64,000 nt of DNA, taken from the NCBI GenBank assembly GCA_021802585.1, contig JAJZRQ010000003.1, positions 2,048-66,047 on the forward strand, in the 5' to 3' direction. The notes beneath the pieces were generated by a model, which saw only the letters and a list, made by a program, of their open reading frames with translations, was not told the DNA's origin and searched no databases. Shown in pieces: positions 35,211 through 44,003 of this stretch. The stretch comes from Chloroflexota bacterium (lineage in GTDB: Bacteria > Chloroflexota > Limnocylindria > Limnocylindrales > CSP1-4). How positions within the stretch are numbered: the stretch's first letter is position 1; every line of letters begins with the position of its first letter. The position numbers and the translations under genes were made by a program.

Positions 35211-36139
35211 AGGAGGATGGCCCCCGACACGAAGACGTTGAGGAGGGCGAGGGGGATGAGGACGGCCCAGGCGACGAGGACGAAGGTCGCGATCCGGACG
35301 CGCGCGAGCAGGTGGCCGGCGGCGAGGATCGCGAGGAGGACCGCCCCCGTCTTCGCGATCATCCATGCCGGGCCGGGCAGGATCGGGCCCCACCAGCCGC
35401 CGAGGAACCCGGCAGCTCCCATCGCGGCGACCGCGACCAGCATGGCCGAGCGGGCAATCGTCCAGAGGAGCCGGGCGACCCCGCTGTCCTCCACCGAGGT
35501 GCCGCCCGCCACGTCGCTCGCGTCGCTGAGGTTGAGCGGCCCCCAGAAGCTGACCCCCACCCCGACGACGAGGTAGAGCGGCAGGCCGAGCGGCTGTCGG
35601 AGCACGTTCCAGGCGGGTTCCTGGGCCCGCACGATGTCGACGATGGAGAGCGACTCGGCCGGCAGCGCGGTGGCCAGCATCGCCAGGAGGAACGGGATCT
35701 GGAAGGACAGGGCGGCCGCCCCGTACCGGTACGCGCCATGGAGTGCGAATGGCGAGTTCGGCGACCAGCCGTGGAGGAACACCGCGATCATGACGAAGGC
35801 GATCGCGGCGGAGAAGGCGACGAAGCCAGTCGACGGATCAGCGATGACGAGATCGGGGCCAAGCGGGACGAGCGCGAGGGCGAAGGCCGCGAGGCCGAAG
35901 AAGAGCGCCGGGGCGACCGCCCAGCCGGCGCCGTCGGGGCGCTCCGTCGTGCGACGCTGCTGGACGAGGAGCGCGGCGGCCGCTGCGAGCGGGACGACGA
36001 GGAGCCGCCGCCACGAGCCGACCGCACCGGCCACGAGCGCGGCGGCGAACCGGTCGAGGACTGCCACGAGGTACACGCCTGCCACGAGCGCGGCGGCGGT
36101 CGCGAGCAGGGCGACCTCCGCGCCGACGTACGGCCTCAC
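35207..36139 (-). CDS. nuoH: Divergent NuoH-like subunit
   Basis: HGWSPNSPFALHGAYRYGAAALSFQIPFLL and GGWWGPILPGP align with NuoH GWsSNskYallGalRaaAQ.iSYEv and fGGW.gP. The conserved acidic loop is altered (see findings). The GTG at 36139 overlaps the upstream stop. Confidence 0.75.
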   Translation of the reverse strand: MRPYVGAEVALLATAAALVAGVYLVAVLDRFAAALVAGAVGSWRRLLVVPLAAAAALLVQQRRTTERPDGAGWAVAPALFFGLAAFALALVPLGPDLVIADPSTGFVAFSAAIAFVMIAVFLHGWSPNSPFALHGAYRYGAAALSFQIPFLLAMLATALPAESLSIVDIVRAQEPAWNVLRQPLGLPLYLVVGVGVSFWGPLNLSDASDVAGGTSVEDSGVARLLWTIARSAMLVAVAAMGAAGFLGGWWGPILPGPAWMIAKTGAVLLAILAAGHLLARVRIATFVLVAWAVLIPLALLNVFVSGAILL

Positions 36140-37455
36140 GCCGCGGCCTCGGGGCGGGCCCGGCCTCGGGCGAGGGGCCCCTCCTCGAGATCGAGGTCGA
36201 GGCTCACGATCGTCGCGACGACGTCGCCCCACTCGTGCTCGCGGAGGAGGGACGGGAGCACCGTGAAGAGGCGCTCACTCGCCGAGCTCTCCGCCTCGAG
36301 GCGACCACGCGGCGTCTCGACGCGACCCGTGGCCGTCGCGGCACGGGCGCCCGCGCGCGCCGCGAGGTCCAGCGACTGGACGGCCTCGCCGAGGCGGAGC
36401 CGCAGCCGCGCGGCGGCATCGCCACCCGCGTCGACGAGCGGAGCGAAGCCGAGGTCGCGGTATGCCGGATCCTCCAGACGGAGGTCCTCCCGCAGGCCGG
36501 AAGCCCGGGCGACTGGTCCGGCGCCGAGCCCGGCGACGGCTTCCGGCGGCACAGCCCCGACGCCTCGAAGGGACCACCGCAGGACCTGGGTCGCCGAGAT
36601 GATCGTGGCCAGGCGGCGGACGAGCGCCCCGTCGCCCGCCCGGAGGTTGGCCGCGATCCGGAGCGCGCGGAGCGCCAGCGCCTCGAGCCCGGCCGCGAGG
36701 AGCGCCTCGGCCACCGAGCGCAGGTGGGCGCGGGCCCGGGCGAGCTCGAGGTCAGCGATCGCGACCCGCTCGCCGAGCGCGCGGAGGAACGGGTCGGCCT
36801 CTGGAGAAGGCGCGGCTGCGGTGGCGTTCGCCAGGAGGTTCGCGACCTCGACCTCGAGCACGAGGTCACCGGCCAGGCGGGCGTCGACGACGAGGCCCGC
36901 CGGGAACCGGGGGAAGAGCGGGCCGACCGCCACCGGAAGCACGTCGAGGCGGAGCCCATCCGGGTCCGGCCCGAGCTCGGCCATCGGTCGGCCATACGGG
37001 ACGCCTCCCGTCATCCCGCTCCCGCCCTGGCCGTACGGGCCGACCCCGCGCCACGGCGCGGGGTCGACGTCGGGCAAGATCGGCGGCTCGGAGCCACGGC
37101 GACCGACGAGGATGTCGCGGTAGGCGGCGACGCACGCAGCGACGGGGTCGCCGTCGACGGGGATCGCGTCGTCGAATCCTTCCGGTCGCCCGAGACCGGC
37201 CGCTCCGGCCGACCAGAGGACGGTCGCCCGCGGGTGGGCCATCGCGTCATGCACGCGGGCGACCGCCATCTCCATCTCCGCGGGCACCAACCCGCCGACG
37301 AGCAGGACGGAGGCCGGCCGCGGGGTGTCGACGAGGCGGATCTCCGGTCGGAGGCGGAGATCCCGGATCAGCGAGCGCGTCCCGGGGCCGGCCACGGCGA
37401 ACACGGGGACGGGCGCGCCCGTGGCGACGCGGGCGAGGAGAGCCGTCAGGCCCAT
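36136..37455 (-). CDS. Single ORF fusing a Cys-poor NuoB-like domain to a NuoD-like (49-kDa/NiFe large-subunit-like) domain
   Basis: The N-terminal VDTPRPASVLLVGGLVPAEM resembles the NuoB SPRQADvmiVaGtvt.km segment. The C-terminal part contains VETPRGRLEAE (compare NuoD/hydrogenase EAPRGElg) and ends GDVVATIVSLDLDLEE (compare NuoD aDvvAiiGSiDiVmGEvDR). There is only one Cys in the whole NuoB-like part. Confidence 0.7.
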   Translation of the reverse strand: MGLTALLARVATGAPVPVFAVAGPGTRSLIRDLRLRPEIRLVDTPRPASVLLVGGLVPAEMEMAVARVHDAMAHPRATVLWSAGAAGLGRPEGFDDAIPVDGDPVAACVAAYRDILVGRRGSEPPILPDVDPAPWRGVGPYGQGGSGMTGGVPYGRPMAELGPDPDGLRLDVLPVAVGPLFPRFPAGLVVDARLAGDLVLEVEVANLLANATAAAPSPEADPFLRALGERVAIADLELARARAHLRSVAEALLAAGLEALALRALRIAANLRAGDGALVRRLATIISATQVLRWSLRGVGAVPPEAVAGLGAGPVARASGLREDLRLEDPAYRDLGFAPLVDAGGDAAARLRLRLGEAVQSLDLAARAGARAATATGRVETPRGRLEAESSASERLFTVLPSLLREHEWGDVVATIVSLDLDLEEGPLARGRARPEAAA

Positions 37456-37808
37456 TCCAGGGCCCGCTCCCGCCACGCGTAGAGCACCCCGAGGAGGAGG
37501 ATCGTGATGAACATCCCCATCTCGACCATCGCGATGAGCCCTTCCCGGACGAAGACGACCGCCCACGGGTACATGAAGACCATCTCCATGTCGAAGGCGA
37601 GGAAGATGAGCGCCATCGAGTAGTAGCGGACGTGGTAGCGGTTCCAGGCATGCACGCGGGGGTCGGCGCCGCCCCCGAACGGCACGCGTTCGGGGGCGGT
37701 CTGCGCGGGGGACCGGGGCCGACCCCCGAGCCACCAGGACGCCAGCACGACCGCGAACCCGGCCACGAAGACGGCGAACGAGACGGCAAGCGGACCGAGA
37801 GCAACCAT
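37446..37808 (-). CDS. nuoA: Divergent NuoA-like subunit
   Basis: 120 aa, 3 TM helices. RYHVRYYSMALIFLAFDMEMVFMYPWAVVF matches NuoA F...fYlvAilFiiFDvEvvFlyPWa. The usual YECG segment reads FGGG here. Confidence 0.75.
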   Translation of the reverse strand: MVALGPLAVSFAVFVAGFAVVLASWWLGGRPRSPAQTAPERVPFGGGADPRVHAWNRYHVRYYSMALIFLAFDMEMVFMYPWAVVFVREGLIAMVEMGMFITILLLGVLYAWRERALEWA

Positions 37809-37846
37809 GGCGGCCGCCGACGACGAGGCGGCTCCGACCTCCGGCG

Positions 37847-38005
37847 TCAGACGTAGTCCTCGGGAGCCTCCGTGAAGCTGTCGGCGCAGTCCTGGCTGCA
37901 GAAGGAGTAGACGGTGCCGTCGTGCTCGACGGTCGCCACGGCATCCGACGGGCGGATGCGCATCTGGCAGACGGGGTCGACGACGAGCTGCTCGGTGTCG
38001 GACAT
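37847..38005 (-). CDS. YHS/TRASH-domain small metal-binding protein
   Basis: VVDPVCQMRIRPSDAVATVEHDGTVYSFCSQDCADSFTEAPEDY is a YHS-domain pattern (DPVCgM...y.FCs..C...F). The ATG at 38005 is preceded by GGAGGAG. It lies 38 bp upstream of, and co-directional with, the nuoA-like gene. Confidence 0.75.
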   Translation of the reverse strand: MSDTEQLVVDPVCQMRIRPSDAVATVEHDGTVYSFCSQDCADSFTEAPEDYV

Positions 38006-38145
38006 GTGGAACTCCTCCGTGGGGTGCTGGTCGGCGGTCCTACCGTCGGGCCGACGGATGAGAGACACATGAGCGCCGCGTGAGAACGAGCCCGGGGCGA
38101 GCCCGCCCTGTCACGCCTCCGACGGCCATGTCGTAGCATAGGTCC

Positions 38146-38529
38146 ATGACCAAGCCTGCCACCGTGATCGACCCCGTCTGCGGGATGACCGTCCGTGTCG
38201 CGACGGCCGAGGAGGCCGGACTCGTCGTCGAACATGGCGGACGCACGTACGCGTTCTGCCGGGCCGCCTGTCGGCAGGCGTTCGTCGAAGCGCCCGAGGC
38301 ATACGCCGCCGCCGCCAACGAATCGCCTCCCGGCGAGCGCGAGGGCCATGCCCATGCAGTCGGGGAGCCCGTCATCGACGAGGGCATCCGCCGCTGGTAC
38401 GAGAGCTGCTCCTGCTGCCTCGGCGACGCGTACCCCGGCATCAAGGCGCAGCTGGACGCCGAGCGGGCCGCCGCCGCGGCGGCTCCGGCGGGGCCTGGGA
38501 TCTGCGAAGTCGCCGAGTCGGCAGGCTGA
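38146..38529 (+). CDS. YHS/TRASH-domain protein with Cys/His-containing C-terminal extension
   Basis: VIDPVCGMTVRVATAEEAGLVVEHGGRTYAFCRAACRQAFVEAPEAY, followed by GEREGHAHAVGEP...YESCSCCLGD...GICE. Confidence 0.75.
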   Translation: MTKPATVIDPVCGMTVRVATAEEAGLVVEHGGRTYAFCRAACRQAFVEAPEAYAAAANESPPGEREGHAHAVGEPVIDEGIRRWYESCSCCLGDAYPGIKAQLDAERAAAAAAPAGPGICEVAESAG

Positions 38530-38711
38530 GCGCCCGGCGCCACGCGCCGGGCCCCCACGCCGCACAGCCCCCGGTCAGCCCGCCAGCCACCGCACGAGGA
38601 TGACGGCGCCGGCCCCGACCGCTGCGAGGATCCGGAGGCCACGCCCCACCGTCGCGCGCCACCCTCCCCCGCCGGAGCGATCCGGCGGTCGTTCGTCCGT
38701 CTCCGGCCGCG

Positions 38712-39464
38712 TCAGGACAGGGGCACCGACCCCCCGACCTGGCAGGCGACGGCGATCGTCGCGAGCGCTGCGATGGGTAGCCACTCGTACGGAAGCCGGG
38801 CGGGCGTCCGATCCTCGCCGTCGACGGCGATCTCCAGCAGGCCTCGCAGGCGGCGGTCTGCCCGGGCAGCGAAACCCACTCCCATCGACCGGAAGCCGCC
38901 ATCGGCCTTGACGAGCGCGGCCGCCAGGGTGGCAGGACGCACGCCTGCCTGGAGCGCCGCCCGGTCTGCGTCTCGCTCGAGATCGGCGGTCCGCTCGTCG
39001 ATCGCGGCCCGGATCGCCGCCCAGCGACCGGCGAGGGCCAGCCAGGCCTCCAGGCCGACGGAGCGGAGCGGCGCGCGCGTGCGCCGGTGGTGCTCCTCGT
39101 GGAGCACGACGGCCCGCAGTTCGTCAGCGGCGAGGGCCAGCAGCAGGGCCTCGCCCACGTAGACCCGCGGCCGCAGCGCGCCGAGGACGAACGCCTCGCT
39201 CGCTCCGCCGACGATGACCTGGCACTCGACGCCGGCGACCTGCGACGGCCGGCAGCGGGACCCGAGCCGCGCGGCGGCGCGCGACCCGCGGTAGGCCGAC
39301 CTGGCACCGAGGAGGAGCCATATCGCCACGAGAGCGCTGACGGCGACCTCGAGGGCGGCCATCGGATCGCCGCCGGGCAGCCGCGCGGCGATCACGCAGA
39401 GGAGGGTGACCGCCGTTGCCGCCGTCGCGACGGCGATCACCGCGCGGCGTCCGGACGGGCTCAT
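38712..39464 (-). CDS. M56 (BlaR1-type) membrane metalloprotease lacking an extracellular sensor domain
   Basis: TM helices plus ELRAVVLHEEHHRRTRAPL (HExxH in the BlaR1/M56 context). 250 aa. The ATG overlaps the blaI-like stop (ATGA). Confidence 0.7.
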   Translation of the reverse strand: MSPSGRRAVIAVATAATAVTLLCVIAARLPGGDPMAALEVAVSALVAIWLLLGARSAYRGSRAAARLGSRCRPSQVAGVECQVIVGGASEAFVLGALRPRVYVGEALLLALAADELRAVVLHEEHHRRTRAPLRSVGLEAWLALAGRWAAIRAAIDERTADLERDADRAALQAGVRPATLAAALVKADGGFRSMGVGFAARADRRLRGLLEIAVDGEDRTPARLPYEWLPIAALATIAVACQVGGSVPLS

Positions 39465-39880
39465 CCTTCGTCCTGCGATGCGAGCGCGATGATCCGGTCG
39501 CGCAACTCCGGGTCGGCATCCGCGAGGCGCTCGCCGAACTGGCGGAGCGCAGCGGACCCGTACCGGGCGAGGATGTCGTCGACGGCGCGGCGGCCGACGA
39601 GCTCGAGCAGGTCGTGCTCGCCGGCGACCGGCCGGTAGAGGAAGTGGCGACCAGATCGCTGACGGGTCAGGAAACCGCGTTCATGGAGCCGCACGAGGAT
39701 CGTCATGACGGTCGTGTAGGCGAGCGGCCGGGACGGGCGCGCGTTCAGCGCCGCCACCACGGATGCGACGCTGACCTCGCCCTGGGCCCACGCCTCGCGC
39801 ATGACCGCGGCGCCGAGCGGGCCGAGGACGTCGTCGATCGTCGGCTGGCGGGCGTCGCCGCCACGGAGGACCTCAGCCAT
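39461..39880 (-). CDS. BlaI/MecI/CopY-family winged-helix repressor
   Basis: LGPLGAAVMREAWAQGEVSVASVVAALNARPSRPLAYTTVMTILVRLHERGFLTR is the penicillinase-repressor fold pattern. There is no C-terminal Cys cluster. Confidence 0.75.
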   Translation of the reverse strand: MAEVLRGGDARQPTIDDVLGPLGAAVMREAWAQGEVSVASVVAALNARPSRPLAYTTVMTILVRLHERGFLTRQRSGRHFLYRPVAGEHDLLELVGRRAVDDILARYGSAALRQFGERLADADPELRDRIIALASQDEG

Positions 39881-40062
39881 GAGGCCGCCACCGTACCAGA
39901 TGCAATGCCCGGGCACGCGGGGCCACCCGTCGCCCGGGCCGGTGCCACGTCGGGAGGCCGGTCGAGTTCGCCGGCGCGCCGCGTCCTCTCAGGACATCCT
40001 CATCGTGCTCTCAGGGAAGGCCCGCATCGTCAGCGCGATCCGCAGCCGCCAGGGGGATTCTG

Positions 40063-41205
40063 ATGCCGATCCGCTCGATTCGCGCCGTCGTCGCGCTCTC
40101 GCTCGTCGCCGGCCTCGCCGCCGGCGCCGCCGGCGCCGCCGGGACGCTCTCGCTCGCGCAGTCTCCCGGGCCTCGGGCCAGCTCCGGCGGCGCCGACCGG
40201 GCGGCGCTCGAGGCGCTCCTCGCCGAACGTCCTGTGACCCCGACGGGCGTGACCCGGCAGTTCGACCTCGCGGTGCGGCGCGCGAGCTGGGAGCTCGTCG
40301 GTGGCGTGCGGACCGATGCCGTCACGTTCAACGGGACCGTGCCGGGGCCCACGATCCGGGTGACCGAGGGCGACACCGTGGAGGTGACGGTCCGGAACGA
40401 GCTCGATGAGCCGACATCGGTCCACTGGCACGGCCTCCACGTGCCGAATGCGCAGGACGGGGTGGCCGGGATCACGCAGGATCCGATCCTGCCCGGCAGC
40501 ACGTTCTCGTACCGCTTCGTCGCCCCGCACGCGGGGACGTTCATGTACCACGCCCACGGGCCCCGGAGCCGCGAGCAGATCGACCGCGGCCTGGCCGCGC
40601 CGTTCATCATCGACCCGCCCGGGGCCGACCCCATCGCGGCGGATCGCGAGTTCACCCTCACGATCGGCAACTGGATGGCCGGCGACGGGATGGCCGGCAT
40701 GGACGCGATGAGCATGGAGTACTCGTACTTCACGATCAACGGGAAGGCGTATCCCGACACCGCGCCGATCGTCGTCGACGAAGGCGACCTCGTCCGGCTC
40801 CGGTTCGTGAACCCCAGCCAGACGATCCACCCGATGCACCTCCACGGGATGGACATGGCGGTGGTCGCCAAGGACGGCGAGCCACTGGTCGAGCCGCAGC
40901 GGCTGAACACGCTCGACATCGCGCAGGGCGAGACGTACGACGTTGTGTTCCGGGCGGACAACCCCGGCACCTGGCTCCTCCACTGCCACGACCTTCACCA
41001 CGCGTCGAACGCCGGGGTGGAGCCGGGCGGGCTCATCGTGGCGGTCACCGTGCGGCCGAAGGGATCGCCCGGGCAGCCGCCGGCGGGGGCGTCCGCGGCG
41101 CCCGGGGGCACGCCTCCCGCACCATCGGCGTCGTCGGCGCCTACGATGGGGCCGGACATGACCTCCGGGCCGGGCATGACGTCGATGCCGGGCATGAACC
41201 CCTGA
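40063..41205 (+). CDS. Two-domain multicopper oxidase with Met-rich C-terminal tail
   Basis: Copper-ligand motifs HWHG, HAHG, HPMHLHG and HCHDLHH. With only 380 aa it is a 2-cupredoxin-domain type. N-terminal signal-like segment. The tail is [19 protein letters not shown]. Confidence 0.85.
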   Translation: MPIRSIRAVVALSLVAGLAAGAAGAAGTLSLAQSPGPRASSGGADRAALEALLAERPVTPTGVTRQFDLAVRRASWELVGGVRTDAVTFNGTVPGPTIRVTEGDTVEVTVRNELDEPTSVHWHGLHVPNAQDGVAGITQDPILPGSTFSYRFVAPHAGTFMYHAHGPRSREQIDRGLAAPFIIDPPGADPIAADREFTLTIGNWMAGDGMAGMDAMSMEYSYFTINGKAYPDTAPIVVDEGDLVRLRFVNPSQTIHPMHLHGMDMAVVAKDGEPLVEPQRLNTLDIAQGETYDVVFRADNPGTWLLHCHDLHHASNAGVEPGGLIVAVTVRPKGSPGQPPAGASAAPGGTPPAPSASSAPTMGPDMTSGPGMTSMPGMNP

Positions 41206-41221
41206 AGAGGAGGTCCGCGAG

Positions 41222-41902
41222 ATGAGCGATGCTGCACGGATCCTCGTCGTGGACGACGACCCGAAGATTCGCGCCGTCGTTCGACGCGGGCTGGCGTACG
41301 AGGGGTACCGCGTCGTCGAGGCCGCATCGGGCGAGGATGGCCTCGACAAGGCCCGGGAGCACCTCCCGGACCTCGTGATCCTCGACGTGATGATGCCGGG
41401 CCTGAGCGGGCTGGAGGTGACCCGCCGCCTCCGTTCGTCCGGCGACGCGGTGGCGATCCTCATGCTCACCGCGCGGGACGAGGTCCGGGACCGGGTCGAG
41501 GGCCTGGAGACGGGCGCCGACGACTACCTCGTGAAGCCCTTCAACTTCGAGGAGCTCCTGGCTCGGGTCCATGCGCTCCTCCGCCGACGGGCGGCTCCTG
41601 CCGGCGAGATCCTCCGCTTCGCGGACCTCGAGCTCGATGTCGATGCCCGGGAGGCAGGGCGCGGAGACCGCCGGATCGAGCTCACGACAACGGAGTACAA
41701 CCTCCTCCTCCTGTTCATGCGCCACCCGCGCAAGGTGCTGACCCGCGACGTGATCATGGAGCACGTCTGGGCCTACGACTTCGACGGCGAGTCCAATGTG
41801 CTCGAGGTCTATGTGCGGTACCTCCGCAACAAGCTCGAGGCGGGCCATGAGCCGCGCCTCCTGCACACCGTTCGCGGAGCGGGCTACGTGCTCCGCGAGT
41901 GA
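41222..41902 (+). CDS. OmpR-family response regulator (TCS-2)
   Basis: [12 protein letters not shown]...[14 protein letters not shown]...MLTARDE...[10 protein letters not shown]...TEYNLLLLF...[11 protein letters not shown]...TVRGAGYVL. Confidence 0.9.
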   Translation: MSDAARILVVDDDPKIRAVVRRGLAYEGYRVVEAASGEDGLDKAREHLPDLVILDVMMPGLSGLEVTRRLRSSGDAVAILMLTARDEVRDRVEGLETGADDYLVKPFNFEELLARVHALLRRRAAPAGEILRFADLELDVDAREAGRGDRRIELTTTEYNLLLLFMRHPRKVLTRDVIMEHVWAYDFDGESNVLEVYVRYLRNKLEAGHEPRLLHTVRGAGYVLRE

Positions 41903-43308
41903 CCCGCTGGCGGGGCCGCGTCGCGATCCGGGCGCGGCTGGCGCTGCTCTACACGGGGCTGCTCGCGGCAGCGCTCGCCGCGTTCGGCAGCGGCATGTAC
42001 GTGGTCCTCGCGGGCGAGCTCGGGCAGTCGTTCGACGCCGCCCTTCGCGCGAACGCCGAGCACGCCGCCGGCGCGTTCAGCCAGGACGTCGAGGCGGCCG
42101 GCGGCCTGCGTCCCACGGTCCGGCTGGTTTCCCAGCTTGCCTCCACGGGCGGGCGCGTCGTCGTGCTCGACGCGGCCGGCGCACGGCTGGCCGACTCCGC
42201 ACCGTCGGGGAGCGCGGCGCTGCCCATCTCGTCTGCCGACCTTGCCGCGGCAGCTCGCCACGCGAAGGCCGTGTGGGACGTGCGGATCGCCTCCGAGATG
42301 GCACGCCTCACGATCGAGCCGATCTCCGGTCCCGACGGCCGGATCGCGGGCTATGTCGCCTGGGCGGCTTCGACCGCCTCGCTCGAGGCCGTGCTCAGCA
42401 CGGTGGGCGCCGCCCTCCTTCTCGGCGGCGCCTTCGTTGTCGGGATCGCCCTCGCGGCCGGCCTCGTCGTGGCCGGCCGGGCCCTGAAGCCTGTCGCCGA
42501 CGTGACCGAGACGGCGCGCGCGATCGCGCTCTCGGGGGACTTCGGCGCACGCGTCGAGGGTGGAGAGCCGGGTGACGAGATCGGGGAGCTCGCCCTCGCG
42601 TTCAACGAGATGCTCGCGGCGCTCGAAGACAACCACCAGGCGCTCCAGCGGTTCCTCGGCGACGCCTCGCATCAGCTCCGGACGCCGCTGACCGTGATCC
42701 GCGCGAATCTCGACCTCGCGAGGCGCCCCGACCTCGCCGACGAGGAACGGGCGGCGATCCTGGCAGATGCCCGGGACGAAGCCGAGCGGATGGCGCGGCT
42801 CATCGGTGACCTCCTGTCGCTGGCGCGCGCGGACTCTGGCGCCCGCCTCGAGTTCGAGCGCGTCGAGCTCGACGCCCTCCTCGTCGACGCGGTGCGGCGG
42901 CAGCGGCTCGCCGCACCTCACGTGCGCATGAGCGTCGCGCACGTCGAGCTGGCTCTCGTCGACGGGGATCGCGACCGGCTCCGGGAGCTCCTCGGGATCG
43001 TCCTCGACAACGCGGCTCGCTACACGCCCGACGGCGGGAGCGTCGCGGCGTCGCTCACCGTCGCCGACCGGCGGGCGGTCATCGTCGTCGAGGACAGCGG
43101 CATCGGGATCGACGAAGAGGATCGCGAGCAGCTCTTCGAGCGTCTCCATCGCGGCCGGCGTGCCCGCCAGCTGCGCCCGTCCGGCACGGGCCTCGGCCTC
43201 GCCATCGCGAGGTGGATCACGTCGGCCCACGGAGGGACGATCGACCTCGCCCCGCGTGCCGGCCAGGGCACGGTCGTGACGATCACACTCCCGGTGGCCG
43301 CGCCGTGA
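41899..43308 (+). CDS. Sensor histidine kinase with HAMP domain (TCS-2)
   Basis: Two TM helices around a periplasmic domain of about 130 aa. H-box [17 protein letters not shown]-box [10 protein letters not shown]-box GTGLGLAIA. The GTG overlaps the RR stop. Confidence 0.9.
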   Translation: MTRWRGRVAIRARLALLYTGLLAAALAAFGSGMYVVLAGELGQSFDAALRANAEHAAGAFSQDVEAAGGLRPTVRLVSQLASTGGRVVVLDAAGARLADSAPSGSAALPISSADLAAAARHAKAVWDVRIASEMARLTIEPISGPDGRIAGYVAWAASTASLEAVLSTVGAALLLGGAFVVGIALAAGLVVAGRALKPVADVTETARAIALSGDFGARVEGGEPGDEIGELALAFNEMLAALEDNHQALQRFLGDASHQLRTPLTVIRANLDLARRPDLADEERAAILADARDEAERMARLIGDLLSLARADSGARLEFERVELDALLVDAVRRQRLAAPHVRMSVAHVELALVDGDRDRLRELLGIVLDNAARYTPDGGSVAASLTVADRRAVIVVEDSGIGIDEEDREQLFERLHRGRRARQLRPSGTGLGLAIARWITSAHGGTIDLAPRAGQGTVVTITLPVAAP

Positions 43309-44003
43309 GCATTCCGCGCGTCGTGGTCGTGGACGACGAGGTACCGCTCGCGGAGCTCGTGCGCGCGTACCTCGAGGACGCCGGCATGGACGTCCTCGTC
43401 GAGCACGACGGCCAGCGCGGCCTGCGGGCGATCCGCGACCGGGATCCGGACGTCGTCGTGCTCGACGTCATGCTGCCCGGTCTCGACGGGTTCGAGGTCC
43501 TCCGGCAGGCGCGGGCATTCTCGGATGCCTACGTGATCATGCTGACCGCTCGCGCCGAGGAGGTCGATCGCGTCGTCGGCCTCTCCATGGGGGCCGACGA
43601 CTACCTCGTGAAGCCGTTCTCCCCGCGCGAGCTGGCCGCGCGCGTCCGGGCGCTCCTGCGCCGACGGCGGCCCGCCCTGCCCGAGCGCGAGGGGCCGTTG
43701 CGGTCGGGGAGGGTGACGGTCGACGCGCGGCGCCACTCGGTGACGGTCGACGACGCCCCGATCGCCCTGACGACGATCGAGTTCGACCTGCTGCGAGCGC
43801 TCATCCGGGATCCTGGTGCCGTGTTCACGCGCCAGCAGCTCCTCGACGCGGTCTGGGGGATCGACTACGTGGGAGATGAGCGCGTCGTCGACGTGCACGT
43901 CGCACACCTCCGTCGCAAGCTGGGCGACCAGCGCGGTGGTCCCCGCTCCATCGAGACGGTGCGCGGCGTCGGTTTCCGGTTCCACGAGGACGGTCATCCG
44001 TGA
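43305..44003 (+). CDS. OmpR-family response regulator (TCS-3, paralog of TCS-1 RR)
   Basis: RVVVVDDE...DVVVLDVMLPGLDG...[39 protein letters not shown] is nearly colinear with the 25402-26103 product. The GTG overlaps the upstream stop. Confidence 0.9.
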   Translation: MSIPRVVVVDDEVPLAELVRAYLEDAGMDVLVEHDGQRGLRAIRDRDPDVVVLDVMLPGLDGFEVLRQARAFSDAYVIMLTARAEEVDRVVGLSMGADDYLVKPFSPRELAARVRALLRRRRPALPEREGPLRSGRVTVDARRHSVTVDDAPIALTTIEFDLLRALIRDPGAVFTRQQLLDAVWGIDYVGDERVVDVHVAHLRRKLGDQRGGPRSIETVRGVGFRFHEDGHP

